Counted from the first letter of the stretch, positions 49,100 to 60,969 are shown. The stretch is 64,000 nt of DNA from Marsupella aquatica (GCA_973895155.1 OZ316899.1:14449934-14513933); one strand, 5' to 3'. A program made the numbers and translations. The notes: generated by a model not told the origin, from the letters alone.

Positions 49100-49720
49100 C
49101 GCTTCCATCTTTCTAACACATGGCAGCGTGACACGTGGCATCTTAGCAGGCGTCCGATCTAGGGCAATAAAAAAGAATGGAGGAGGAAGGCGGAAGGCGG
49201 AGGCAGGCGGAGGCGGGGAGGCGGAGAGAGAACGGAGAGCGGAGAGCAGAGAGCAAGGAGAGCGAGAGAGTGAGGAGGAGAGCGAGAGAGCGAGAGAGCG
49301 AGAGAGCGAGGAGTGAGAGAGCGAGAGAGCGAGGAGTGAGAGAATGAGAATAAGGTCCTGGTTGGACCTCTCCATCCCTTTACCCCCTCCTGCCTCACCC
49401 CGGCCTGTGTACGGCTGGTTGCCTCCTTCTACTGCGTACGGCCTGCTCTGGCGTACGGCCTGCTCCTGCATACGGCCCGTTGCCCTCACCTTGCATACGG
49501 CCTCCTTCCTTGATGTCCTGCCTACCTAACAGCCTTCCATGGTAGTCCCCGCGCAATTAGGCTCGTGAAGATAAGGTGTGTCCGCAAGCTAAGGTGAACG
49601 CGTACTCAACCCTTATCTTCACGTGATTTCCGGTTGAGCCGACTCGAGCGAAGGGTATAATTTGGGAGACGCCCACTTTGGAGCTCATTCTTGTTCTAGT
49701 TTCCCAAATCTGAGCTCCAT
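49100..49720. promoter_or_regulatory. Putative divergent promoter/5'UTR region between cargo (-) and transposase (+)
   Basis: CpG-rich with a GA/CT microsatellite; lies between divergently oriented ORFs and the two 27-bp arrays. Function inferred. Confidence 0.4.
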
Positions 49721-50184
49721 GTAATCCGGAGTGGAGTTTCTCTTAAAGTGTTATGTATTGAGCCACTTACCTTCATTGGGTCAGCTTAGCCAGCTTCTTG
49801 ACTTTTGGAGTCCTCTCAGTTTATCTTTTACAGACATGTGTGGTTTAGGGTTTAGTTTGTTTTTTACTCCCAAGATTTAGTGGCATATAGCTTGTATTTC
49901 AAGGTTTTGGGAAGTTTTTACCATTATTCAAACAACAATGTATACCCCTTGGATGTGATATTCATCTTCTACCAGATCTTAATACTAAGGTGAGTATAAG
50001 GTTAATGCATTCAAATATAAGGTTCCATTATTTCATGAAACTGTATGTAGACATTAGGGTCTGCCTTAAGACCATGCAAACTTTAGGCTACACCATATCT
50101 AGGGAGATCCGTAAAATACGGGGTCTTCCTAAATTTGGATTTTTCTTAGCTTAAGATGTTTGAAGTTTATCTCCCATTACATCA

Positions 50185-50890
50185 TGGGTTGGTCTAGGAT
50201 GGTCCTAGTCCAAGTTTGGATTCGGATGGTCCTAGTCCAAGTTTGGATTAGGATCATCCGAGTCCAACTTTGCATTGGGATCATCTGAGTCCAACTTTGG
50301 ATTGGGATCATACGAGTCCAAGTTTGAACTTGGATGGTCCAAGTCCTAGTTTGGATTGGGATGGTCCGAGTCCAACTTTGGATTGGGATCATCCGAGTCC
50401 AAGTTTGAACTTGGATGGTCCGAGTCCAACTTTGGATTAGGATGGTCCGAGTCCAACTTTGGATTGGGATGGTCCGAGTCCTAGTTTGGACTTGGATGGT
50501 CTAAGTCCTAGTTTGGATTGGGATGGTCCGAGTCCAACTTTGGATTGGGATGGTCCGAGTCCAAGTTTGGACTTGGACGGTCCAAGTCCAAATCCAGAAT
50601 CGGAGGATCGTAGTCCAAATCCAGACTCAAAGGATTGCAGTCCAAATCCGGACTTGGATGGTCCCAGTCCAAATCCAGAATCGGAGGATTGTACTCCAAA
50701 TCCAGACTCGGAGGATTGCAGTCCAAATCCGGACTCAGATGGTCCCAGGCCAAATCCAGAATAGGAGGATCGTAGTCCAAATCCAGACTCGGAGGATTGC
50801 AGTCCTAATCCAGACTTGGATGGTCCCGGTCCAAATCCGGACTCAGATGGTCGTAGTCCAAATCCGAAATTGGAGGATAGTAGTCTGAAT
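50185..50890. repeat. 27-bp tandem array, second block (~25 units, two subtypes)
   Basis: Same unit as 48630-48942, then the variant AGTCCAAATCCAGACTCGGAGGATTGC. Confidence 0.92.
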
Positions 50891-50951
50891 CAAAATTTGC
50901 ATGAGTTTGGTTTTAACCCATTTTTTCAGTGTGTAGGATAACAGGAAAAGG

Positions 50952-53900
50952 ATGTCTCAAAGGTTTTCTAGGGGCGATGATGTTACCTTGACAATCGATG
51001 GTTACGATGTTGGAAATGGGACAGTTCAAAAGACAGATCCGCGAGAGAGTGTTCAAAATATTGTGCTGGGAGAGAATCGAATTGGGGTTCTCATTGAGAA
51101 GGCCTTTGGTGAGACTAGGAAGCTCCCTTTTCCAATGCCTAGGGCAGAAAATCTTCATGATGCCATTGACTCATGTGTCATTTGGGATATGCCATGTGCA
51201 TATCGATTTGCGGATAAGATTACTCAAAAATGCATCAGTATTGGTAGTTGTTCGACTCGAAAAGATAACAACATCCATAATTTTGCAAATGTAGAGGAGG
51301 ATGCTTCGACCACCCTAAGGCCAGGCGATGAGGTTGAAATGTTTATCTCTGGCCATTGTGTGGCCTTTGGAGTTGTTTTCAAGACCGATCCAATGGAGAG
51401 ATGTCATAACATATTACTCGGTGAGTCTCGGGTTAGTGTAAAAGTCACAGATGTGATTCATGGTAGTAAGACTTTACCTTACGCACATGGTGGAGCTGCA
51501 ACAATTGAAGAGGCAAAGGGCTCCTGGGTTCTATGGGATGTGGTTGACGTCCACAATAAAGTATGGAATGTTGATATTGATGGGAGCAACAAATCTTCCT
51601 CTAAGAAGCAGAAGGACAAGGCAAATTTTGTTTCACAGTCTTGTTCGGCGAACACCATGGACACTAAGTGTGACTATTTTCATCGGGAAAACTGGATGTC
51701 AGAGTTGGTTGAACTCTACACTGGTTTGGATCAAACCAAAATGGTTGCCACTGGAACGATCACTGTCCCTCAAGTGACAGCAGCAGTTGATGATGAAATT
51801 CTTGGTGATAACCATGTTGGGATTGCTGTGAAAGATGTCGTGGCAGCACAATACTTTCCCAACATCCACAAGGGAGTAGTGAGTTTGATTCGATGGCGGA
51901 TTGATTCAACAAAACTAGTTGCAAATGGAAAATTCTTGTCAGACATTTTGGTGGAAGGTTCTGAGAGGATGGACTCAATGGATAGGGATGAACTCAATGC
52001 GGATGTAAGTGATAGAGGAGTACTGCGTTCAAGGCCGTACAATTTTAACAAGAGGAATCAAGTAGATCCGAATGAAAAGAAGAGGAGGTTGTTGGAAACC
52101 AAGGCAATTTCAAAAACAACAGAGGCATCAATTGATGACGTGAAAAGAGAAAATTGTTGCAAGCAAAAATGTTGTCTCATTATGCCAAGGGAAAACATCG
52201 AAGATATTAGGATGGAATTTCATGGGATGTCAAGCGAGTCAAAAACGTCACACGTTTTCAACCTCTTTCACTATAGAGAGGATGATGTTCGTGATAAGGG
52301 ACACCATGTTCTTAAGGGTATGGTCTTATACAGACATGCATTTGCAATTATCCACGGTTTTAGCCACACCAAATATTATGATTACAAAAGGAGATATGTG
52401 GAGGGTTGCAAGATTGAGTTCCATGGCAATACGGGCTTGATGAAAACAAGGGCAAATACCTTGCATGCACGAGCTCTGTTGGAGGCTTTTTTGACTCAAA
52501 ATGCAGAGCCCATGCCTCATATGCCTTATGGAGGGGCACATGGGACAGACTCTACTGAGTACCGTCTTCCGGCGTGTTACAAGAAGCTAGAGATTCTGGA
52601 AGATGTGAGAACAAAGATGAAGGAAGAAGGGCTTCCTCTTGTCACAGAGAATACTCTCTACAAGATCTGGAGCAACTCATTTGCAAACTTCAGTTTTCAT
52701 AAAGATGGTGCATTTGCCAAGTGTACTCTTTGTTGTGAATACAAAGACAGTTTGATGCGAGAAAGAAGGAAAAAAGAACGTGCTGAAATTGAAGAAAAGC
52801 GAGCGCAACATCTTTATGAGCAAATGTCACGTAGATATGTTTACTACGCTCATCGAGTGATGGCCAAACAACACCCAGGAGAATATCTTTGCATTATCCA
52901 CGACAAGATGGATCAAGCAAAGACATGGATTCCAAAAATGGTCAGTACTCCTAAATCTCTTTCGGGTCATGGAATGCCGCTACCTATTGCTCTCATAGGG
53001 ATGTTGACCCACGGGAGGGATTCAGGAGTTTATGCACACTTTAGTGTCACTGGCCTTTGGCCAGGAGATGCCGATTTCACAGTGACATCCTTGGCTAAGT
53101 GTCTTCGAGACCTTGAAGAGTACAATGGAGACAAGACAGGTGACATGTTGGATGGCCTTCATTGGGAACCTCACATACCTTTCTTTCAAGCCCTACTTGA
53201 CTTTGAAGCATTTTTGATGGGTTATTTGGAACCAAAGAATATACCGGTGAATAGGTATATTGGTTCTGAAGATGGAGCTGAGAGTCGGACTGAGACCGTC
53301 CCAAACCAACAAGATGAGGATGAAGGAGAAGACATGCAAGGAGAGCAAGGCAGTCCATCGTTCAAGCCCTTGCCAAGGCACCTAACATTGCAGATGGATA
53401 ATTCAGCAAAGGACAACAAAAACCAGACTGTCATGGCATTTTGTAGCGAGCTTGTGAGTAGAGGAGTATTTGAAACTGTTCAAATGTCTTTTCTAATGGT
53501 TGGTCATACGCACGAAGATGTTGATGCACTCTTTTCAAAGGTATCATATCAAGTTCAGCACAAAGAAGTTGCAACCCTCCTTGCTCTTATGGCAGAGGTA
53601 TGGGAATGCGAGAGCATTCATCAAGTTCCCAGATTGATACAAGAAGTTGCATCTTACAAAGAATATCTTCAAACTTTCAAGGTGAAAGATATTCAAGGTC
53701 ACTCAAAACCTGTATCATTTCTTTTCTCTATGAGAGATAATGTACCAATATTTCAGTATAAGTCCCATGTAAAGCAAGCTTGGGCTCCAGTTGGTGGAAG
53801 GTGCATTTGGGCAACAGATCTAACAACAAATTCTCTTCTTTTACCTAGTGGAGAGCCCTTAGCTAAATCCATTGGAGAGATACACAAAAAATTTGAAGAG

Positions 53901-54458
53901 ATTATCCCATTTCTTAACAAGTACCTTGATTTTTTGAGAAGGAGTTGCACTGATGAGACATCTATAGCATATAAGGAAAGATTTCCTCTTGTGAAATATT
54001 GGGAGAGAATTGTGGAGTTGTTGACAAATGGGCTCGCACTAGAAGGGGAGGGAAGTACTCAATTTCCCTTGAAAAACAGATTTTGGCCTAAGACTAACCA
54101 CGGCACTGGTTACAAGGTCAACCAACCGGAACAAAGTGGTCCTCCAAGTGAAGATGCGGAGAATGCAGAGATAACGGCTCTTCAAAATGAGGTCTTGGAA
54201 GAGATGGAAGATCAAGCAACACCATTTGTTGGATCTCGAGCTAAGAGAGAACAAGGACGATGGATTCCTTTACAGGATATTTGTGAAGGAAACTTTGTAT
54301 TTCTTCGACCCGAGGATGATTGGGAGAATAAAAATGGTGGAGGTCATTTCTGGTTGGTGAGAGCTTTGGGTTTGGTGGACCCAAAGCATGAAGTCCCAAC
54401 TACATCTTCAACAAACCCTTCTCTGCCTCGACAGGTACGCTCCAATGTTCCCAGTTGA
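50952..54458 (+). CDS. Sola1-like DDD transposase, 1168 aa; C-terminus probably continues to 54711
   Basis: CCKQKC, FAKCTLC, CIIHDKMDQAK, LQMDNSAKDNKN, SFLMVGHTHEDVDALFS; three N-terminal repeats of a Transposase_23-like module; inside TIRs with a 4-bp TSD. Confidence 0.88.
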   Translation: MSQRFSRGDDVTLTIDGYDVGNGTVQKTDPRESVQNIVLGENRIGVLIEKAFGETRKLPFPMPRAENLHDAIDSCVIWDMPCAYRFADKITQKCISIGSCSTRKDNNIHNFANVEEDASTTLRPGDEVEMFISGHCVAFGVVFKTDPMERCHNILLGESRVSVKVTDVIHGSKTLPYAHGGAATIEEAKGSWVLWDVVDVHNKVWNVDIDGSNKSSSKKQKDKANFVSQSCSANTMDTKCDYFHRENWMSELVELYTGLDQTKMVATGTITVPQVTAAVDDEILGDNHVGIAVKDVVAAQYFPNIHKGVVSLIRWRIDSTKLVANGKFLSDILVEGSERMDSMDRDELNADVSDRGVLRSRPYNFNKRNQVDPNEKKRRLLETKAISKTTEASIDDVKRENCCKQKCCLIMPRENIEDIRMEFHGMSSESKTSHVFNLFHYREDDVRDKGHHVLKGMVLYRHAFAIIHGFSHTKYYDYKRRYVEGCKIEFHGNTGLMKTRANTLHARALLEAFLTQNAEPMPHMPYGGAHGTDSTEYRLPACYKKLEILEDVRTKMKEEGLPLVTENTLYKIWSNSFANFSFHKDGAFAKCTLCCEYKDSLMRERRKKERAEIEEKRAQHLYEQMSRRYVYYAHRVMAKQHPGEYLCIIHDKMDQAKTWIPKMVSTPKSLSGHGMPLPIALIGMLTHGRDSGVYAHFSVTGLWPGDADFTVTSLAKCLRDLEEYNGDKTGDMLDGLHWEPHIPFFQALLDFEAFLMGYLEPKNIPVNRYIGSEDGAESRTETVPNQQDEDEGEDMQGEQGSPSFKPLPRHLTLQMDNSAKDNKNQTVMAFCSELVSRGVFETVQMSFLMVGHTHEDVDALFSKVSYQVQHKEVATLLALMAEVWECESIHQVPRLIQEVASYKEYLQTFKVKDIQGHSKPVSFLFSMRDNVPIFQYKSHVKQAWAPVGGRCIWATDLTTNSLLLPSGEPLAKSIGEIHKKFEEIIPFLNKYLDFLRRSCTDETSIAYKERFPLVKYWERIVELLTNGLALEGEGSTQFPLKNRFWPKTNHGTGYKVNQPEQSGPPSEDAENAEITALQNEVLEEMEDQATPFVGSRAKREQGRWIPLQDICEGNFVFLRPEDDWENKNGGGHFWLVRALGLVDPKHEVPTTSSTNPSLPRQVRSNVPS

Positions 54459-54959
54459 ATGGTGGAGGCCTAAACACTCTAAACTTGATGTGACTTAGAG
54501 TGCGCGGTATCTAAATTGTTTCATGTCCACTAAGACATGGGAACGAGATCCAGGGTTTGGTGAGAATACTCAACATTGGCAGTATGCAAATTCTACAATG
54601 TATGGTTTTAAATCTGGAATGAAAGAAGAAAACATGGCGGGCAGAGGTTTGAAGATCCCTCGAAATGTTCTACAAACTGTCCAAAATTATCTTCAAAGGA
54701 TGGACAAGTAGACTTAGTTGTTAGAAGCTATAATAATTAAATAGATAGTTACTAGTTTTTATGTAACTAAGATAGTCACTCATTCAAACATAGTAATTTA
54801 CGTACTAGTTATTTACTATTCTAATAGTTTTAATTTGATACTATCTCCTCATTTTCTAAACTTTTGATCATTATGAATATGAATGTTTGCTTTTTCTACA
54901 TAATTAAAAATATTTTTCTATTCATTCCTTTCTTTTAAATGATTATAAGAAGAGTTGGT

Positions 54960-55290
54960 AGGCAAATGTACACTTTTTAGGCCAAATGTACACTTTGTTG
55001 CACTAAAAGTTACACTTTCTAGACCAAATGCACTTAAATGTACACTTTTTAAGCCAAATGTATGCATTTTTCACTCAGATGTACACTTTCTAGGCCAAAT
55101 GTACTCAAATATACACTTTTAAAGCCAAATGTGCCTATTTTGATGTTCAAGTTTACACTTTTCATTGCCCAAATGTACACTCTTTGGGCCAATTGTACAC
55201 TTTTCTATCCCCAAATGTACACTTTTCATTGGCCAAATGTACACTTTTCCAAGCCCAAAAGTACACTTTTCATTGCCCAAATGTACATAA
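54960..55290 (+). repeat. Right subterminal repeats (AAATGTACACTTT)
   Basis: ~14 copies, same orientation as the left array. Confidence 0.9.
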
Positions 55291-55330
55291 ATCAAATAAT
55301 AATACACTTTTAATGAATATGCTGATCTTC

Positions 55331-58300
55331 TTAGTTCTAGGCATAGGAAATATAAAATGCCTCTGGTAGCCGTTAATTTTGCTGAAATAGAGGACTTTGG
55401 TGCCCCAGATGTTGAACTCCAAATTGACGGTTGTTTAGTTAGAAGTGTCCCTATTGATGGCGGTTCGGGAGTTAATATTATGATAGCACAAACTGCACAT
55501 TCGTTAGGATTTACTAAGTATGAATCCACACCTAGAGTCCTTAGGATGGCAGATCAATCTACAGTTTTTCCATTAGGTAAATTAGGGAATATTTAAGTTT
55601 TAATTGGAGGCTTACCTTTTATTTTGAATTTCCTTGTTATTGTCCCGCCCACCCAGTCAACTTTGCCTATTTTGTTAGGTCGCCCTTGGCTGTACAAAGC
55701 TAAGGTTAAAGTTAATTGGGCTAATAAAACATTTTCCCTTGGTTATCCTAAAGTCAAGTTGTCCTGGGATAAGATCCAGCATTTGGGGGAACTATGTCTT
55801 CAGACCCAGGTTATACATCCGATAATAGTACCTCTACAATTGATTCACGATGGGTGGATGCGATGATGAAGCTCAAGGAGGACGAATTTAGCTTTGAGGA
55901 GGACGTGCGCTACCTCGAAGTCTACACTTACGAAGATGCAGTACCAGCTGAGCATGTGAGGAAAGTAGACAAAGTTGGTACTTCCTCAAGGTCTGAACTA
56001 CTTGCCCCAAATCCTCAAGCGATATTATCTCCTAAAGTAACTTCTCAGGTTATAACCAGATTTTTATTAGAAAATCGGATCAGTCTAAAACTACATTCAC
56101 AACTGATTGGGGCACCTATGCATTTTCTCGCATGCCCTTTGGGTTGTGTAATGCCCCAGCAACTTTTCAAAGGCTAATGACTGTTATTTTTCAGGATTAC
56201 CTGCGTGATTTTTTGGAGATTTTTATTGACAATTTTTGAGTTTTCAGCGGTGAAAAGGATCATTTGGAGAAACTGAGGAAGACCTTTGCTAAGTGTCGTG
56301 AGGCTGGCTTGTGTTTGCACCCTGAAAAATGTTTCTTCGGGATGACAGAGGGCATTTTATTGGGTCATAAAATTTCTCAGAGAGGCATTGCTGTTGATCA
56401 TGATAAAATCACAGTCGTCCTTGCCTTAGAAGTGCCCACTAATTTGCGTGAGTTAAGGGGATTTTGGGGGTATGTTGGCTATTATAGACAATTTATTGAG
56501 GGTTATTCTGTTCTCTCCACACCTCTTAATCAGCTTCTTAAAAAAGGATGTGCCTTATGAGTGGAATGAAGCACGAGACAATGCCTTCCTCACCCTCAAA
56601 CATACGCTGACTGTAGCTCCAGTTCTTCTTCCTCCTAACTGGTCAAAAGAGTTTCATGTTTTCGTGGATACTTCTAAGTTTTGCATAGGGATTGAGTTGA
56701 GTCAGAAAGATGAGCGTGAAAAGCACCACCCTATTTACTTTGCCAGTCGTCAACTCAATAGTATCGAGCAAAATTATTCCACCACTGAACGTGAAGCTCT
56801 GGGCATTGTTTTTTCTTGTAAAAAATTCCATCACTACCTCCTTGGTTATGACACTGTTTTTCATACTGATCATAACTCTCTTAAGTATCTTTTTAATAAG
56901 GCAGATTTGTCAGGCCGAATTGCACGCTGGATTCTACTTCTTCAAGAATTCCGGTTTAAAGTGGAGGTGCGCCCTAGCAAAAGTCATGTCAATGCTGATT
57001 ACTTATCTCGGTTGGAAGGAGAAGGTGATACCAAGGCAATTCCCGATGTGTTTCCTGATGAGGAGTTATTTCACATGGAGGGTGAACAATCGCTTTATGC
57101 TGAGATTGTTTCTTTTCTCATTACTGGTCAACCTCCTCAACACATGAATGCGGAGCAGCAGGCAGTTTTTGTACATAAGGCGGGACCTTACACCCTTATT
57201 AGAGGTGTGCTCCATAAAACCATGCTTGACCTTAAACTTAAGCGATGTTTGGAGACGCATGAGGTGTCCAAAGTGATTAGTGCATTGCATGAAGGGGATT
57301 CGGGTGGACATTTTGCTGTGGACACTACGGTGGCCAAAATTTGTGATGCGGGCTATTGGTGGCCCTCAATGCATAAGGACGTACTTGATTTTATTAAAGG
57401 GTGTGACCCTTGCCAACGCATTGGAAAACCTTTACTCAGTGGAAGATGGCCCTTAGTCCCCATAATGCCCTTAGCTCCCTTTGAAAAATGGGGCATTGAT
57501 TTTGTGGGCCCCATACAACCGGTTACTCAACGAAGGAGGAATCGCTACATCATAGTGGCAACCGATTATGCCACCAAGTGGGTGGAAGCCGAAGCAGTAC
57601 GGAAGGATGATGCAATTGTTATAGCACTTTTTCTTTTTGATAATATTATCACTCGCTATGGGTGTCCCTTAGAGTTGGTTAGTGATAGAGGCACTCACTT
57701 CCTAAATTGCACTATAGAACTGCTCACCACCACTTATCTGATCAAGCACCGCAAAACTACTCCCTATAACCCTAAGGCAAACGGTTTGACGGAGAGGGGT
57801 AATGGCATCATTTGTAAAATCCTCACAAAAATCGTTCTGCACATAAGAGTGATTGGGACATGAAGTTAGCATCTGCACTATGGGCGTATAGAACTGCACA
57901 AAAGATCACCACAAAAAGAACTCCTTTTTACATGGTTTATGGGATGGACTCTATTCTTCCTATAGAGTTCAGTTTGCCCACTGCACGAATTTTGGAAGAC
58001 AGGCGTTTACCCCCTGAAGCAAGTCAATTAATTAGACTAGCCGAATTAGAACACTTAGAGGAAAATTGTCTATATGCACTTACACATACTCATGTTCAGC
58101 AAGCACATAGGAAAATGACTTATGATAAGAAGTTGAAGCCCACAACCATTAAGGAAGGAGATTTAGTTTTACTATATGATAATCGTTATTTGAAATTTCT
58201 AGGGAAGCTCCACACTAGGTGGGGGGGTCCCTATGTAGTTAAGAATGTTTGGCCTAATGGTAGTTTACAACTTACCACTACTGATGGAGAAGAGTTAATT

Positions 58301-58354
58301 ACTAGAGTCAATGGCCATAGAGTAAAAAAATACATAGCTCAGCCATTGGAGTAG
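55331..58354 (+). pseudogene. pol: aspartic protease, partly deleted RT, RNase H, integrase
   Basis: IDGGSGVNIM; KTTFTTDWGTYAF.RMPFGLCNAPATFQ; FIDNF; FVDTS, NYSTTERE, TDH, ADYLSR; H..GGH..CDPCQ, WGIDF, SDRGTHF, NGLTER; frameshifts. Confidence 0.95.
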
Positions 58355-58769
58355 GGTCGTGAGGTCACTCCCTTATTTAAGGAGGGGATGACTGTGTAGA
58401 GATTAGGTGATGATAGAAGTTAAGATAACCATTTTTAGGTTAAATTTTTTTATTTTGAGCTCCTTCAACAATATACTTTTAGGGAAAGAGGGAAAATGAT
58501 TAAGAGAAGGTTGAATTGCTTTTCAACTTTGAAACGGTTTGATTTGGCGGCATGGAGAAATACATGTACTGAAGCACGTACATAGAGGCCAAACGAATAC
58601 TTCATACCGGCTATAACGAATCAGGCTTGAAAGAAGATTGGCAAACACAAGAAGTAGAGTGCGAAGAGCAATCGGGCTTGAACATTGAGCGCGCGAGACA
58701 AACGGAGGCCAGGAGCAAGGTGAGCTATCGGTGTAGTTGAGGCGCCCATCGGAAGCAAAGTTCGAGCAG

Positions 58770-60530
58770 CAATGGTGAAGGAGAAGACGATTGTGATGCC
58801 TCTTGAATCTGAGATGGCTAGTAACTGAGAGAATTACAAGAAGGTGGGCATCGATTTGTTAGTCGATTTTCTCTCGGTGATCAACAATGTCAAGATGGTG
58901 GACAAGATACGCCTGAGGAATACACGTGGGAAGAACGTGACTGCCCGATCGGATTACACAGCGATCACTGAGCAGACAATGGTGGATTGCTATGGCGTTT
59001 CTTTGGTAGGCCTGATTGTAGAAGATTTCACCTCCTTTCGATTGTTCCATGACATTTGCAAGGATCAATTCTCTGTTTGAGTTTGCGAAGGAAGGCTATA
59101 CCCCGAACTCAGCAAAGGATCCAACACTTCAAGAAATCCTTTGTTTCATTGTACCAATTTTGACACCCGATAAGCCCAGGCAAATTGCAGGTAAGTTGGT
59201 TGCCATGATTGTCACCGCCTACGTTAAAGGTAAACCAATTAATTGGGCTCGCGTGCTTTTAGATTCGTTTCAGTTGAGGTGCAAGAAAGTGAAGGATGGA
59301 ATCGATTTGTTTGTGGCGCCCATGTTGTTTCATTTGTACAAGTTCGAGAAGAAACTTTTGACAGCAGAGTTACAATTCTATGAAGAAGCAGAGGCGAACA
59401 GAGCCCTTATTGAAGACCCATCCTCCAAAGATGAAGACAGTGAGACAAACTAGGATGACGTTGTCGAGATGCCTGTCAAAACTGAGGTTCAGGCATCCCC
59501 GCTGCAAGTGTTGAGGGGTCGACCACGAGGTTCAGCATCAATCAAGAAACCTCAAGAAACCTCTATTATTCAGGTGGATTCGGATGATCCTTTGTGTCCC
59601 TTGGAAAAACGGCTACGCAGCACTGTGGATGATTTTTGTAGAGCTAATTTTGTCAATGCTGGTTTGATTAATTAGCTACACGCTAGGTTTTCTTGTTCAG
59701 GAGATGCTTTATTTGCTAAGATTGAAGACTTACACTCCTCTTCTACGTGAATCGATCAAGAAAGGAAATAGTGGAGATTGGAGAAACGTGAGCTTGAGAA
59801 ATGATTGAAGGAGTTGCTCCATGGCTCAATTTTACCAGCAATTCAGCAATCGGTTCAGACTCTCTCTACTGCCGCAACTAGAATGGCTCTCTCTGTTACC
59901 GATACTCTTCAGCTTGCTGCGTTGACGTCTGAAGGATGGAAAAATGATAGCAAGAATTTGACAAAAATTGCTCCGGCAATTACCAACCAGAAGAATTTGT
60001 TGGACAGGAAGTATGAATCGATTCTGAAATTGATTGGAGATTTGCAAAAGTATACTGAAAATCATTTGGAATTTTGTTCAGCCTTTACACCTGACCAAGG
60101 AACTCCAGCCGACCTACCACAAGGAGTACCTCATGGCTCGAAGGAGGACAAATCAACTGCCATTGCTCCCTGTGAGAAGGATGCTGATCGAAAATCGAGT
60201 GTGGGTCCAACCCTAATCACAACATCAGAGGGTCTTGCTTCCCACACAGTTTCTACTGATCAGTGCTAGGCAATTTCTGCAATTGAGGCCGCTTGTCTTC
60301 TAATTCCTACCCCTTAACAGCAGTCACCAATTTCTAATGTCTATGACGATTTTTCCAACACTGCCCTATTACAATCCATGATTGCTCCCACCACAGATTT
60401 AGCAGCACAGGCTGATTTACAGGTGGAAGTTGACGTAGTTGAATCAGACCCTGAGTCTGAAGTAGTGACTCAGACCCGACTTCCAAAGAAGAAGAAACTG
60501 AAGCGCAAGCACTAGGAGGCAGCTTTTGAG
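58770..60530 (+). pseudogene. Additional (env-position) ORF between pol and the 3' LTR, degraded
   Basis: Consecutive + strand ORF pieces (58844, 59049 with PINWA, 59469, 59805) between two PPT copies. Confidence 0.6.
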
Positions 60531-60953
60531 TTTCCAGCGCAATTAGTGGAAGTATGAGCATTTTCCTTGGATGTAATGATCTTCTCGGATGGTGATGAGA
60601 AAGATCTCATTTTGATCTTTTCTAAAGCGAATGTCTCCCAGCATATCACTACTTTGTACATTGGTGACGGTTCATTTGCACTTCATTCTCTTTGCCACAA
60701 ATTCCATATGTTTCTTTCCCTTGTATCTTTCACTCCAAATTTATTCAACTTGATCCGACTTGCTGAACTACACCTCCCAGTTCATTTTTCACACACCACC
60801 CCAAGCTCAGAATCGGACCTGCAGTCCTCAAATTCCATTGACTCACTCCTTGTTTCTTTCAGTCAGAAATGATGTTCTCTTTACCAATTTCACTTGCCAT
60901 CTTTTATTGAAGACTGCTGGTTGAAGACTTCCTGTTCACGAGGTCGCTTCACA

Positions 60954-60969
60954 TTTAAGGAGGGGATTA
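60954..60969 (+). promoter_or_regulatory. Polypurine tract TTTAAGGAGGGGATTA; second copy at 58376-58389
   Basis: Immediately 5' of the 3' LTR. Confidence 0.9.

Larger units (their letters stand above)
43007..55326. mobile_element. 12.3-kb Sola-like DNA transposon with cargo genes
   Basis: 26-bp TIRs ATCAGC(C/A)TATTCATTAAAAGTGTATT at 43007-43032 and 55301-55326 (1 mismatch); 4-bp TSD CTTC (43003-43006, 55327-55330). Excision restores the host frame ...KQLKPL-LSSRHRKYKMPLV... Confidence 0.95.

Noticed and set aside
48399-50888. ORFs such as DSDHPNPKL, MVRVQLWIG and DWDGPSPSL repeats
   Set aside because: Translations of the 27-bp minisatellite, open in several frames.
50998-54254. Many short overlapping and antisense ORFs
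   Set aside because: Shadow frames of the long transposase ORF.
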